Origin: Phaeosaccion multiseriatum
Taxonomy: Eukaryota; Protista; Ochrophyta, other classes
Assembly: GCA_965112735.1 (NCBI GenBank)
Contig: OZ218954.1
Coordinates: 2,852,001 to 2,916,000, forward strand
Length of the DNA stretch: 64,000 bases
Reading direction: 5' to 3'
How positions within the stretch are numbered: the stretch's first letter is position 1; each line of letters begins with the position of its first letter. Positions 24,068-38,062 of this stretch are shown in pieces. The notes beneath the pieces are model-generated. The model was not told the DNA's origin. It saw nothing but the letters and a program-made list of their open reading frames with translations, and did not search any database. The translations under genes were made by a program, and so were the position numbers.

Positions 24068-26861
24068 GCGCTGCCGGAGCTGCTGTAGCGCCTCTGTCCT
24101 TAGCGAGGCTCTTGTAACGGTCGGGCGGCTGGGAGCAGAGTATCTCTCCTCCTCCTCCCCCTCCCCCTCTGCTGTACCACCAACTGCTGTACCATCCTCC
24201 CCCCAAAGGCTCACATTCACCGGCTTGTGTACTCTCCTCCCCCGCAGCCTCCTCCAGCAGCGCTGCACTCTACGGGCCCCTGCCTCCCTCCGTACTTGAT
24301 CCAGCCTGGGCAGGTCCCTTGCCGGCGTCGTCCTTAGCAGATGGAGCTCTCGCTGCTGTCCCTCTCTGCGGTGTGTGCGTAACCGTAAGATGCGCTCCTC
24401 TGCCCTTGCTCGCTTCACCTTACGTTACAAGGGACGAGAGAGGAGAGAGAGAGTGAGGGAGGGAGGGAGGGAGAGAGGGAGAGGAGAGAGAGTGAGGGAG
24501 TGAGGGAGGGAGAGAGGAGAGAGAGTGAGGGAGTGAGGGAGGGAGCGAGGGAGAGAGGAGAGAGAGGGGAGAGAGTGAGGGAGGGAGCGAGGGAGAGAGG
24601 AGAGAGAGGGAGGGAGGGAGAGAGGGAGAGAGGAGAGAGAGGGAGAGAGGGGAGAGAGTGAGGGAGGGAGCGAGGGAGAGAGGAGAGAGAGTGAGGGAGG
24701 GAGCGAGGGAGAGAGGAGAGAGAGTGAGGGAGGGAGGGAGGGGAGGGAGAGGGAGGGAGTGAGAGAGAGAGTGAGGGAGGGAGAGAGGAGAGAGAGGAGA
24801 GAGAGTGAGGGAGGGAGAGGAGAGAGAGGAGAGAGAGTGAGGGAGGGAGGGAGGGAGGGGAGGGAGAGGGAGGGAGGGATTGAGAGAGAGAGTGAGGGAG
24901 GGAGAGAGAGAGGAGAGAGAGGAGAGAGAGTGAGGGAGGGAGAGAGGGAGAGTGGGAGGGAGGGAGGGAGGGAGGGAGAGAGTGAGGGAGGGAGCGAGGG
25001 AGAGAGGAGAGAGAGTGAGGGAGGGAGGGAGGGAGGGAGGGAGGGAGAGAGGAGAGAGAGGGAGAGAGGGGAGAGAGTGAGGGAGGGAGCGAGGGAGAGA
25101 GGAGAGAGAGTGAGGGAGGGAGGGAGGGGAGGGAGGAGGGAGTGAGAGAGGGAGGGAGGGAGAGAGGGAGGGGAGGGAGGGCGGGGAGGGAGGGGGGGCG
25201 TGAGTGAGCAGAGGAGTAGGGGAGGTGGGCGAGGGGTGGAGTAGATGAGTGGGGTCGGGTGGGTGAGTGCGTGGGGGGAGTGGGTGTTTGTGTAGGTGAA
25301 GGGGTGGGGGGTAGATGGGTGGGTGAGTGAATGAGTCAGTGACTGAGTTAGTGAGTAAGCGAGCAGGTGAGTTTGTAAGTGAGTACGTGAGTGAATGAAT
25401 GAGTGAGTGAGTGAGTGAGCGAGTGAGAGAGCACGTGAGCAAGTGAGTAAGCAAGTGAGTGAGTGAATCAGTGAGTAAGTGAGTGAATGCGTGCGTATGT
25501 AAGTGAGTGAATGAGTGAACACGTGAGTGGGTGAGTGAACGAGTGAGTACGTGAGTGCTGCTCGCCCCCACCTTAGCGGCCCAGGCGAGGGCACGCTGCC
25601 TGCCCAAGTGTCCGCGAAGGAGGGCTTGCATCTTAACGGCGCAGCGGTGTTGGCGTCGAATGCCCTTCCGCACGCGCTTGCCTCTCCACCTTGCTTGAAT
25701 CACGCTGTGTGTGTGTGTGTGTGTGCGTGTGCGTGAGTGTGTGTGCGTGTGTGCGTGCGCGCGCGCGTGTGTGTGTGTGCGTGTGTGCGTGCGTGTGCGT
25801 GTGCGTGTGTGTGTGCGTGTGTGTGCGTGTGTATGGGTGTGCGTGTGTGTGTGTGTGCGTGTTTGTGTGTGTGCGTGTGTGTGAGTGTGTGTGTGCGTGT
25901 GAGTGTGTGTGTGTGCGTGTGCGTGTGTGTGTGTGCGCGCGAGTGTGAGTGTGTGCGTGTGCGTGTGAGTGTGTGCGTGTGTGTGAGTGTGTGTGTGTGC
26001 GTGTGTGTGTGCGTGTGTGTGCGTGTGCGTGTGTGTGTGTGCGTGTGTGTGTGTGCGTGTGCGTGTGTGTGTGCGTGTGTGTGCGTGTGTGTGCGTGTGC
26101 GCGTGCGTGTGTGTGCGTGTGTGTGTGCGTGTGCGTGTGTGTGTGTGCGTGTGCGTGTGCGTGTGCGTGTGTGTATACATGGCAGAGGAAGCCATGGGGG
26201 TGGCATGTGCGTGCGTACAGAGAGGGGGGAGCGCGGCAGGAAGTGAGCGTGGTGTGGGGCAGATGGAAAGCCAAGGGGAGGAAGTGAGCGCCATGAAAGG
26301 CAAGCAACAGGCTCATCTCTCTCTCTCGCTCTCTCTCTCTTTGAGGCAAGAGACAAGCAAGCTCAAAGCTCACACCCCCCCCCCCCCCCTCTCTCTCTCT
26401 TTTAGCCCCCTTGTGTCCGTCTGTAAATCGAGGTCAACCCATCGCAAAGGTAAGCCCTTTCTCTCCTTGCCTTTCCTTCTCCTTCGCCTTCCCCCTTCCC
26501 TGACCACTTTTGATAACCACTTACCATGCACCGTACTCCTCCCGACCTTCCCCTACGGTGCGTACTCTCCTCCCCTGCCCTACCGCCCGCTCGCCCCCCC
26601 ATCCTCCTCCTCCTCCTCCTCCTCCTCCTCCTCCTCCTCCTCGTCCTCCTCCTCCTCCTCCTCCTCCTTCTCCTCCTCCTCGTTGCAGCTCCGCCCTCCT
26701 CCGCCTGACAATATCCCTCGCTCGCTCCCTCCTCCTCTCCCTCTCCCTCAGTGCCTCCTCCTCCTTCCTCCTTGCCATCTCGTCCCTCCTCTTTTCCTCC
26801 TTTTCCGCAGCTTTCTGTGTGACCTTCCTCTCTCGCTCGTCTTCTTCCTGCTGTATCACCA

Positions 26862-26897
<36 letters not shown>

Positions 26898-27419
26898 CCT
26901 CCTTGGACATTGCAAACACCCCCGAAGGTTGGTGATCCACCGCCGTCCCCGCCGTCATCGCCGTATGTCCCACTCCAGGAGAGCTCGTACCACCCTCCCC
27001 CCCTTCTCGCTTCTCCTGCCCTTGCCCCGCTGGCGTGAGCGAAGCAGCAGCAGCAGTTGGTGATACAGCAGGGTGCAGCATGCCTTCGCCAGCCACCATA
27101 TCACCAACAGCAACAGGTGGTGCCCTCTGTGAGCCGCTATCACACCCCTCCCCTCCTCCTCCTCTCTCTCCTTCGCCCCCTTCCTCCCCCGCTAGCAAAC
27201 CCTCATCCTCTCGTCCCTCCCCCTCTCCCTCCCCTGGGTAGTGATGTTGCGTGGCCACAGCTGCCGCCGCGCTGGACACCACTGCCAGCCCCCTGCGCTG
27301 CAGCTCCTGCATCAGCGCATCCATCGGCACTTTGTCAAGACCATCGGTGCTGCGCCGTGAAGACTTCGTCCTCCGAGCACCATAACCACCACCACCACTA
27401 CCACCAGCACTACCACCAC

Positions 27420-27460
<41 letters not shown>

Positions 27461-27506
27461 CCAGTTGGTGGAGCCTCTCCTCCTCCTCCTGCTGCTGTAT
27501 CACCAA

Positions 27507-27537
<31 letters not shown>

Positions 27538-29026
27538 CGCTACTGCGGAGTCACTGAGGTCATCATCATCATCATCATCTGTGGAGGAGGAGTCTTCATC
27601 CTCGTCCTCTCCCTTCCCCCCACCACCACCGCCAGAGGAGGAAACACCACCAGTGGCGCTGCCGGACCCCTCCTCCTCCTCGTCCTCCAGCTTCTCCCGC
27701 CCATCCACTGCCATCCCCTTGTTCTTCTCCTTTTCCTTTCGCAGCAGGTGCGTCGTGGAGGGCATCTTAAGGAAGCGTCGCAGCCTGCCCCCGCCCTTGC
27801 TCCTCTTCTTCTCTCCCAGGCCTTTGAGGATGGCAGTGGAAGGGCTTCCGTCCTTCCCTCCTTCCTCAGTGTCCGAGCCACTTCCCGCGCCGGAGCTTCG
27901 CCTTATCCTCGAGCCGTCGCCATCTGCATCTGCTATATCACCAACGGGTGCTGTTGCGGCTGCTGCCGCCGCTGCCCCCCCCCCCTCGCCAGCCCCTTCT
28001 CCCGCCGTATCGCCAACCGCTACCTCTGCCGTCTCCACTTCCTTCCCCCGGGTTGTAGCTGCATCACCAACTGCTGCATCACAATCCTTCTCCTCCTCCT
28101 CCTCCTCCTCCTCCTCCTCCTCCTCCTCTGCCGGCACTCGGTCGGACACTGGCACCACCTCCACCTGGACCGACACCCTGACACGTCCACGCCCCTTCCT
28201 GTTCGCCCTCAGATCCACCCACATCCACACGCTGCTGCTGCTACTACTGCTGTTGTTGTTGGAGAAGGAGGAGGAGGAGGAGGAGCCGCCGCCCCGTCCA
28301 TTGCCATCCTCCTTCTTCTTGTCCTCGTCCTCGGCGGCGTGATGAAGGGTTCGAGGCAAGAACTCGCGCAGGGGCGTTTCCTTGGCACCAAGTAGCATAT
28401 CGCTCCGCCTGGTGTTGGTGCTGTTGGCATACATGGCAGAGGAAGTGTTGGTGTTGGTGCTACCGCTACCCCACAGCTCAATACCGAGCATCTCCACTCC
28501 AATGTCGTTGCTCTCCGCCATCATAAGCCGTTCCTTCGCCACCTCCAGCACGAGTCTCTCCCCTCCACTTCTACCCTCTGCTGCCGTCCTACTCCTCCTA
28601 CCCTTACTCCCCCAGCTGCACGTGTTGGAATCCGTCTCTGACGTCGTGCGGCCACTTGTGACACCCTTCGTAGTGGTGGAGGTTTCCGAGGCGGCGTCGG
28701 TGGAGTGTTTCGAAGTCACACTCTCTCCACACATATGCAGAGTGAGGTAGTATTGACCGCTTTGAGCCTTGGCAAGAGCCTTGCTAACAGGCTTCTCGCT
28801 GCGGCGGGCGGCAAGTCGACTGAGAGCGAGAGAGGGAGAGAGAGGGGGGGGGGAGGACGGGAGCAGGGGAGGGGTAAGAACAAAGCGCGTCTATCCATTC
28901 CATGGGCACACGCAGCCTGCCCCCCCCCCCCCCTCCACGGTTTCTCTCTCTCCCTTTCTCTTTTTCTCTCTCCCTCTCCTTCTCTCTCTCTCCCTCTCCC
29001 TCTCTGTCTCTCTCTCTCTCTCTCTG

Positions 29027-29065
<39 letters not shown>

Positions 29066-29103
29066 GTCTTACGTCTTCTTCCATCTCTCTCTCTCTCTCT
29101 CTG

Positions 29104-29142
<39 letters not shown>

Positions 29143-32100
29143 TACGTCTTCTTCCATGCCCTTTCCGGCGGCAGATCGGTCGCTTCATGGACTCGTGCGG
29201 TGATGCGTAGCTTCTGTCCAATCTAACAGCACTCAGAGGGAGAGAGGGAGAGAAAAGGGCGGGGGGGGGGAGGGAAGGAGACAGACAGAAACAGAGAGGG
29301 AGAGACGGAGGCAGGGAAGAAGGGTTGGGGAGTGTGAGAGAGAGAGGGAGGGAGAAAGAGAGACGGACAGAAAGTGTAAAAGAGAGTGTATGTGAATTGA
29401 GTTGAGTTGAGTGGAGGGGAAGGCAGGGCAGGGGCACTACATGGTAGCTCCACAGATGGCAACACCCATCGTGTGCTATTTCAGTTTCGGTGTGAATAAG
29501 GTCTGAGAGAGAGCCGAAACTGAAACTGCGCATGGCACTCCCTCCCATGAAACCCTCACACTCCACCAACCCCCGCTCCTCCGCCTCATACCTCTACACT
29601 TTTGGGCCCCTGTGTAGCCACGGGCAGGCTCGAAGCTTCTGTCCCCCTTTCTCCTTCCTTGGGCTTGCCTCCCCCGGACAGGTGCAGGCCTTCCCCGTCT
29701 CCTCGGGCTGCCGTATCACCAACTGCTGTGGTGACGACGGGCGGTGCTTCTCCTCCTTCCCCCTGGCCCGTCAGCACTCGTGCCAACTGTGAGCTTGACG
29801 AGGGGTTGCTTGGGCTCTTATCCAGCGGGCCCGCAGCCTCTGAGGTGGAAGCACCACCATTACCACCACCACCACCACCACCACCACCACCACCAGCAGC
29901 AGTTGGTGATACGGCGGCAGGGCCTGCGGTCTCAGACGGCAAGCCTCCCTTCGCAGGTGTCTCACACACATTCTCCGCCCCCACCCCCTCTCGGTTCCCT
30001 TCTTTCCCTGAGGCGGCTGCTGCTGCTGCTGCTGCTGGTGCTGCTGCCAGTGTATCACCAACTGCTGCTGCCGCTGGTGCTGATGTCTCTGCCACATCGT
30101 CGCCAACCCTCGCCTTCGCCGCCGTCGGATCGGGATCGGACCCTTCCACCTCCTCCTTCTCCCTCGCCTCCCCCATTGTCGACGACGATCGAAGCTCATC
30201 CAGATCACCAACTGCTGCTGCTGGGACGGCTGTCCGTCGCTGTTCCCCATGGCTAGGGGAGGAGGGGGGAGAGCCGGTGCCGGCCTGCCCCCCCTCGGGT
30301 AGAGCCCCCTCGGGTAGAGCCCGGTCGCCTCCTGTGTGTAATGGCCCTCCAGCGAGAAGAAGCTCCTCGCCTCTCCCCCCCCCCCCATCGGCATCTCCTC
30401 CTCCTCCTCCTCCTCCTCCTCCTCCTCCTCCTCCTCCTCCTCCTTCTCCTCCTCCTCTTCCTCCCTTGGAACTAACATGGTCTATGCCTTGCTCCTTCCC
30501 TCCACCAGAGACGCCTGTAGCAGCGGCAGTTGGTGATCCAACACCAACAGACGGCGTATCCCGCAGCGCTGAGAGGCCCTTGATCTTCCCTGAAGGCCGT
30601 AGCATGGTGGCCCTGTCCGCCATCTTGTCACCTTCCCCTGTTGGTGCTCCAGCAGCAGCAGCAGCAGCAGCAGCAGGTGTTGCCCCTTGCTCAGCGGTAG
30701 GAGCATCACCATCACCACCTTCAGGAGCAAGAAGCGAAGTAGTGGAGAGACCCTTCCTCTTTGGGTCTTTCCGCTTTGTCCAGCCCATTGTCATCCCTTT
30801 GAGTGTACGCATACCGGCAGCTGCAGCTGTTGGTGATACGGCCGCTTTCTCCCCCGCCCCAGCTTCCCCACCGTCGCCCTCTCCGGCCTCCTCTTTCTTC
30901 ATCTCCTCCTCCTCCCCCTCCTCCTCCTCCTCCTCCCCCTCTTTCTTCTCGTTCCTGCCCTCCTTATCCTTATCTTTGTTGTCCTTGCTGTCCGCCCCCC
31001 TCCCCAGCGCTGACGTCACGGTGCTCTTGAGGTTCAGCATGGTGGAAAAGCCTCTGCTGCTACTGCCACTCTGCTTCTCCAACTTACTCTTACCCTGCTC
31101 CTCCTCCTCCTCCTCTTCCTCCTCCTCCTCGTCCACCTCTTCCTCCTCACCATGTACATCGGCGACGGTACCTCTCTCCCCGCCCCCCCCTTCCCCCTTC
31201 GCTTCTGCTTCCTCATTCCGAGACGCCCCCTTGCTGACGCCCCAACGCGTAGCAACCCCGCCCCACTGTCTCCGTTTCTTCGAACCGACGATCGCACCGC
31301 CTTCTGCCTCCCCTGCCGCCTTCCCCTCCCCCTTCCCCTCCCCCTCGCCCTTCCCCTCCCCCTCCCCCTCCCCCTCCCCCTCCGCCGAGCCTGACCCTGG
31401 GCCTGGGCCTTCCTCCCCTGCTGCCACTCTCTCCTTGCCCTCCTTGCCCTCCCCTCGGCCCCGGCCTCCGTCCTCTCTCTCCTCTCCAGGCGTGTTAGAG
31501 GTGGTGTGCGTTGGCTGTAACTGCCGTTTCATGAAAGCAGTCGGCTTGAGCCCCCCTCCCAAGGTCTTGGCGAATTGCTTGGCGAACATACCACCACCAC
31601 CGCTGCTGCTGCTACTGCTACCAGCCCCGGTCTTGGCCGACTTGTTGCTACTGCCCTTGTCCTTCTCTTCCATCTCACCGTCAGCAGCCGCATCGCCCTT
31701 CGTCTCCTCCTCCTTCTTGTTCTTCTTCTTTGAAGCTTCTTCTTCTTGTGTTCCTCCTCCTTCTCCTCCTCCTCCTCCTCCTCCTCCTCCTCCTCCTCCT
31801 CCTCCTCCTCCTCCTCCTCCTCCTCCCCCCTTTTCTTCTTCCTCGACTCCTTCCTCGGTACGCTTGTGCGGCTCCTTCTTCTTAAAGAACCCCTTCCCAT
31901 GTCTTACACTAACACCTGCCCCAACCCCACTCTTCCTCTTCGACTCCTCCTCCCGCCCATGCTTTCCCTTCTCTTGCCCTCCGTCCTCCTCTCCTTCCTT
32001 GGCCTCAACTCCCCCCTCCATCGCTCTATTGATATCCTCCTCCAGATCAGACCTCTTTCCCTTCTCCTCCTGCTCTTCCCCTTCCTCCCCCTCTGCACCA

Positions 32101-33848
32101 CCACCACCACCCGTTTGTAACGCCAATTCCGATTCCGCCGCTGCTTCCGCCACCACAGCCCCCCCCTCCTCGGCCACGTTGAGATGAAACGCCAGCCGTA
32201 TCCTTCCCTTCTCCTTGCCCTTGCTGGTCACCGCCACCCAACGAGGATATGTGTCCTCCATCCAGTCCCTCATCACCACTGCTGCAGCACCGATGAGGGG
32301 TGAATCGAGCCGCTCCTCGCTCTCCTCGTTGAAGATCTCAATTAACGCCTTCTCTGCCCGAACCCTCGTCCTTCCCGAGAGCTCCACACGCATGGACTCG
32401 CCTCCTCCTCCTCCTCCTCCTCCTCCTCCTCCTCCTCCTCCTCCTCCTCCTCCCCACTCGCACTCCGTCTCCCCTCCTCTAATGGTGGTGGTCGCGACGC
32501 TCGTCTCCCCTATTGTCACCTTCACATACGGATCCTGCGTCGCCCCCTTCTTACGCTTGCCTGTGAACGATTTCGGCAGCACCAGGGCTAACCCCTCCAC
32601 AGCAAACACGGTAATATCGATGCTGGTGAGGAGATCCCCGCTGTTGCGCCGCTCCACTTGCACCCTGGTCCGATCGTCCCCGTCCCCTCCTCCTCCTCCT
32701 CCTCCTCCTCCTCCTCCTCCTCCTCCTCCTCCTCCTCCGATCATGGAGCCACCGGGGCCCCGATTCACGCTCAAAGCTCGAGCGAGGCCTGAATCTCGCC
32801 GCACAAGCGAAGCCACGGAGGGAGACGCTGAGGTTGGCGTTCCCAAGGCAAAGTCCCCATGACTCGTACTGCCTTCACTGTTCGCTCTGCCTCCTCGCTC
32901 CCCTCCTCCCTTCCCTCCTGCCCCCCTTCGCTCTCCTCTAGAAGCTACCATAGATAGTTGACCTTGGCTCCCCCCTCCCCCCCTCTCCAGCTGCTGCTGC
33001 TTCTCCTCCCGCACCCCTGTCCTCCTCTCGGAGTGCTGAGAATCAGAATGAGAATCAGAGCCGATATCACTGTCCGAATCTTCAAAATCGACTGCATCCC
33101 CCACCAGACCTTCTCTGTTGGACGGAAGCTTCTTCTTCTGTCTTGGTGCAGAGTCCCTCCTCGTCTCTCTCTCCCTCCTCGCCGCTCGCTCGGCAGCAGC
33201 AGCAGCAGGTTCAGCTCCTCGTCCATCCTGGCTCCCATCATCATCCTCATCATCCCCGTTCCGCGGAGGTGACGCATGGCTCGTCGAAGTACCACTAACA
33301 CCATCAGCGGAGGCTCTCTGGTCGTCTTGGTTCTCTTGCTCGTCGCCCTCCTCCTCCCCCCCCCCCATGATGACTTGGTACAGTGGGGCCCCTCCGTCTC
33401 CGAACCTCACAAAGTCACCGCCCTCAATCTCCCTCATGTCCCCCTCCTCCAGCCTCTCCAGAGCGATGACATCGCCGCCTTCCGCCCACCATGTGCCCAG
33501 TCGGCTCCTTACGTCACTCAGACACACCACGGAACCCTCGAAGCTGACTTCCGCGTGGCTTCGGCTGTGCGTGTGAGAAAGATAGGTATGTTCGGGTTGC
33601 AAAAAAAGTTAGGGCCGAGAGTACCACGCACAAGGAGTGGATCGGGTTTCGTGCTTTAAGCTTTACTTCATTGTTCCAGACTCAGGTACTTGTGTGTCTT
33701 TTCATGCCGTGCCACGCTCTCACCTCACGGCCTTGCCTCGCAGCTGCACATCGCTCTGTTTACCGCTACCGATGGTACCACTCGGGGCGAAGATGCGATG
33801 CTCCTCAGACGGATCGTTGAGGTTGCGAAGGACCACGCAGTGAGGCAT
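20161..33848 (-). CDS. Giant (~3152 aa) protein: FHA-like domain, two C2 domains, low-complexity linkers, IQ motifs with IQCB1/NPHP5-like C-terminal region
   Basis: Eleven exons joined by in-phase GT-AG introns: 33848-33724, 33564-29592, 29222-29146, 28819-26525, 25704-25572, 24418-23680, 23444-23007, 22699-22264, 22091-21992, 21528-21434, 21208-20161. FHA: [34 protein letters not shown]2: [23 protein letters not shown]: IQARWRG, MQALLRG, IQARLRG, IQAAYRG. Confidence 0.72.
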
Positions 33849-34426
33849 TGACACCTGAGGAGGGGAAGTAGTGGCACTCCTTGGATACTGAATGCTGATG
33901 CTTCAGAGCCGTGTACAACATCAATTAGGCGAAGCAAAGAATGGGTCCTTGGTTCAGAGGGAAGAGACCTCTAGTATTCACGCATCTTTGGGTGCTTTTG
34001 TGCTTACTGGTACGGATCTAGTAAGTTTTTGTCGTCTTTAAAGCGCCACGATAACTCTCAACGGCCGCGTCGTCGGAAACCCATAGATGGGTGTTGTTGG
34101 ATTGTTAAAGGGTGCGAGGCCTTTTTTGCTTTTTGCCTTTTTGGATCCTCCTCCCACTGAGCAGTAGCCTTCCTAGTGTTGCGACGAGTGGTGTGCTGCA
34201 CTCTCAAATAATTATCCCTGTTTTGGGAACCCCCTTTTCTTTTTCCTCCCTCTCCCTCCCTCTCTCTCTCTCTCGCTCTCTCTCTCCATCTCTCTCTCTC
34301 TCCCTTGGTGCCCTTATTCAAGGGGAGGCTTCCCCCTCGAGCGGAGATACACCCAGACGTAGGGCGGAGGGAGGCGGGAGACGAAGGAGGAGTCATCGAG
34401 GTCACCACGGAAGGAAAGGAGGTGTG

Positions 34427-35484
34427 ATGCGAACGCGGATGGGCTCTGCCTGGGTGCTGGCCTCGATCGTCCTGCTTTGTCTGCTCGCGCTTCCCATCCG
34501 GACTCGAGCAAACTGGCCGGTCCACGCTTCGGACGACTCCCTCCAGGGGAAGAGGGACAGGGGGGGCAGGAGGGGGGGCGGCAGTGGTGGCGGCGGCGTC
34601 AAGAGCGCCTCTAAAGTTGTCGGTAAGAATCGGCTACTTTCTACCCTCTCCCATGTACTGATCCTGCGTGGGATGTGAATGGGGTCTGCTCGCATCTCAC
34701 CCACCCACCCACATGCTGGTTGCGCCGTCGCTCGCTCTCACTGGAGTTGCTGTGTGTCGTGCTCCATTTTACGTCCTATTGAGAGACCACGCTTGTCTTG
34801 GGGGTGGACATGTTCCCGTGGTGGCGGCCCTGTTATATCCCTCATTCTTCACCCCACACCGCCCCCCCCTCCTCCTTCTCTGCCCCATCTCGGGCACGCC
34901 CCGGCTTCACCCCACACCCCCCCCCCTACCAACAGAGCTGACGGGCAAGAACTTCGACATGCTGAGGAGAGGGGAGTGGATGATTTCCTTCTCAGCACCG
35001 TGGTGGTAAGCAACCCGCTCACTCTCCTTCCCCTTCCCCTATCCTCTTCTCTCCCCCCCCCCCGTGGCTCACACTCGACTGCCCATTCTTCCGTCCCTCC
35101 CTCTCTCCCTCCCTCCCTCCCTCCCTCCCTCCCTCCCTCCCTCCCTCCCTCCCTCCCTCCCTCCCTCCCTCCCTTCTGTGTTTCGTCGTGTGTATGCTCT
35201 TGTTCAATACCACAGCCCCCACTGCCAGGTGCTTAAGCCCGTCTGGGAAAGGCTGGCATCATCGCTGGAAGGCTCTATCGGTGTAGGCAGTGTAAATGTC
35301 GACTCGGAAAAGGCGGTCAGTCAGCGGATGCGAATAACGGAGTACCCCTCCATTTACCACGTCAAGGTGAGAGGAGCAGCAGCAGCAGCAGGAGGAGGAG
35401 GAGGAGGAAGGGGAGGAGGAAGGGGAGGAGGAGGAGGAGGAGGAGGAAGAGGAAGAAGAAGAAGAAGAAGAAGAAGAAGAAGAA

Positions 35485-35528
<44 letters not shown>

Positions 35529-36641
35529 TGAAGAAGAGGAGGAAGAAGAAGAAGAGGAGGAGGAGGGCTTCTGCGGTACTTGTCACACCTCTCTTTGGAG
35601 ACTGAAGCATCGGGCTACATGTACTATGCCAAGCAGAAGGGGACAAGACCAAGAACGTTCCTTGACCATCCGCTTCCTCCCTCCACCCCTCCCCTCCCCC
35701 TGGCTCTCCCGCCTCCCTGCACCCCGACAATCAATCAATCCCACCCCCCCTTACATGTATATATATATATTATATATATATGTCTACATGATATCCGCTC
35801 ATCAGAACGGTGTGCTAACCAAGTTCAAAGGGAAGATGAGCCTCGTTGAGCTTGAGAGCTTCGCTTTGGGGGGCTTCGAGAAGGGGGGTGAGGTGGTGCC
35901 CTTTCTCAAGAGCCCTTTTGGTCCGTATGGGCAGACCAAAGGCTGGCTCATACGGATGGGGTACTTTATGCTCGATGCCTACGCGTACTTGATAGGAGCG
36001 GGGGTGCCGAGGTGAGCGAATGGGGTGAAGGGGGTAGAGGGAGAGAGGGAGGAGGCGGGGGGGCGGGGGTGGGGGAGGGGATGAGGGATGAGGCTATGAG
36101 GTAAGGCTCTCTCTATCGTTGAGGGAAGAGAGAGCGTTTTCCGCTTTGCTCCTTCTTTGGTTGTTTGACCGCCACGCACTCACTCATCTGTCATCACACG
36201 CTTCCGCCGGCCGGCACGCCCGCCTTGCTCTCTCTACCTCTCCGCCTCTCGCTCTCCCTGTCCTTCTCTCTCCTCTCCTCTCCTCTCTCTCTCTCTCTCT
36301 CTGTCTCTCTGTCTCTCCCCCTCTCTCTCTCTACCTCTCCGCCTCTCGCTCTCCCTGTCCTTCTCTCTCCTCTCCTCTCCTCTCTCTCTCTCTCTCTGTC
36401 TCTCTGTCTCTCCCCCTCTCTCTCTCTCCCCGCATTGCTCTCTCTCTCTGTCTCTCTTGCTCTCTGTCTCTCTCTCTGTCTCTCCCCCTCTCCCCGCATT
36501 GCTCTCCCTCTCTCCCTCTTCGCACGGCCTGGTGTCTCCAGCTTTGTGATCGGCTTCATGCTCGTCATAGGAGGAAGCTCCCTCACCCTGGCGCTCGTGC
36601 TCGGACTTAACGTGCTCAGCAGCAAAGTCAAGCGAGACTGA
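34427..36641 (+). CDS. Thioredoxin-related transmembrane protein (TMX-like, WCPHC)
   Basis: Signal peptide; ELTGKNFD..EWMISFSAPW-C/PHCQVLKPVWE (TG|C split by an intron); YPSIY; C-terminal TM helix (last exon 36542-36641) ending in KVKRD, a KxKxx ER-retrieval motif. Confidence 0.88.
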
Positions 36642-38013
36642 GACTGAACGAGAGAAAAGAGAGAGAGAGGGAGAGAGCCGAGAGAGAGAGAGAGAGAGAG
36701 AGAAGAGAAGAGAGAAGAGATCGTGGGTGAGGTACGCTGAGAGTGAGACCAAGACGGGGATGGAGGCTCACTCTCACCCTGAGGGTGGCACATGCGAACT
36801 TCAGCAACAAAGAGGATAGGGGTAGTTTTGTGGCGATTGGAGGAAGGTGGTGTAGATGTGAAGCTATAGCGGCTATATAGCGAAGGTGTTATTTTGGTGC
36901 CCCTGCGGGGGGGGGGGGGGGGGCAGCGGGCCATGGGTTGTTAAAGGGGCACGGACGGCACCCTCAAGAACGGCTCGAAGAGCTCGAAGGGGATCGAAGA
37001 AGAGAGAGGGAGAGAGAGGAGCGAGCGCCACCCTCGGGAGACCAGTGCGAGCAGCAGCTTGGCCATCTTGTCACTCGCCCTCCCCATATGCCTCTACTCA
37101 GTACTCCGTGAGACTTCATTGACTTCATTGACTGCTGCTGCTGCTGCTGCTGCTGGTGGTGGGCGAAGGCGAAGGGCAAGACGGATGGGGACGAAAGAGT
37201 GGGGAGGAAGTTCGGAGCATGCGTATGGGAGCAAGCGTCAGTCAGCAGGGAGAGAGAGAGAGGCAGGGCGAGGGGAGAGAGAAAGAAACTCTCGTCTTCA
37301 GAGGCGACGGAGCAGCCTTCGGTACGCCATTCTGCGAGGGGCACCTCATCTCCTGCCCCGGCCAGCAGAGGCGCGGCAGGCAGAGAGGAGGGCCGGAAGG
37401 CAGTGTGAGTGCTAGTGCTACTGGATTGGCACCTCCTCCCTTCCTCCCTTCCTCCCTCTCTCTCCCGACTGGCACTTCCTTCCTCCCTCTCTCCCTCTCC
37501 CGAGAGGGACTGTGACGGGACTGGTGCTTGATGCTGGAAGAGGAAGAGCGGGGCAGGGACCAATACGCTCACCCCTTGGCAGCTTAAGAGTGGGGCAGTG
37601 ACCAATTCGCTCACCCCTTGGCAGCTTACTAAGGAGCCAAGCACCGCCCCCTCGTTCGACTCGGCGATGGTTTGGGGGTTGCGAAGGCGAGGCTGATGGG
37701 CCAAGTGGGCGATTGACTCACACAGGGGAGAAGCAAGAGGCTTGCGTTTCGTCCGTCCCGGGGGGCAGGGTAGGCCACTCCCTGGTGGGAAAGAAGAGAA
37801 GCCCTACACCACCATGGCGGCGTCCGACGGCATGACCCACGCACGCACACACGCACACACACACACGCGCGCACACCGTGTGGGTCCGGGAGTACTGCAG
37901 ACCCGACGCGGCCTCCGCTACTTCAGTACCTGGTGTCATGGGGCTTTCTACGAAGAGGGGGGGGCGCTTTCATCCTTTTGGGTTATAGTGCCCGTCCACA
38001 GAGATAGATAGAT

Positions 38014-38062
<49 letters not shown>

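Noticed and set aside
24420-26373. Long ORFs of HT/SLP/CV repeats
   Set aside because: Intronic (CA)n/(GGGA)n microsatellites; only 25704-25572 is exonic.
29602-32187. 861-aa plus-strand ORF
   Set aside because: Antisense to exon 2 of the giant gene; low complexity.
36420-36541. Apparent non-canonical CG acceptor for the last TMX exon
   Set aside because: The canonical TCCAG at 36537-36541 gives an in-phase GVPSFVIGF junction.
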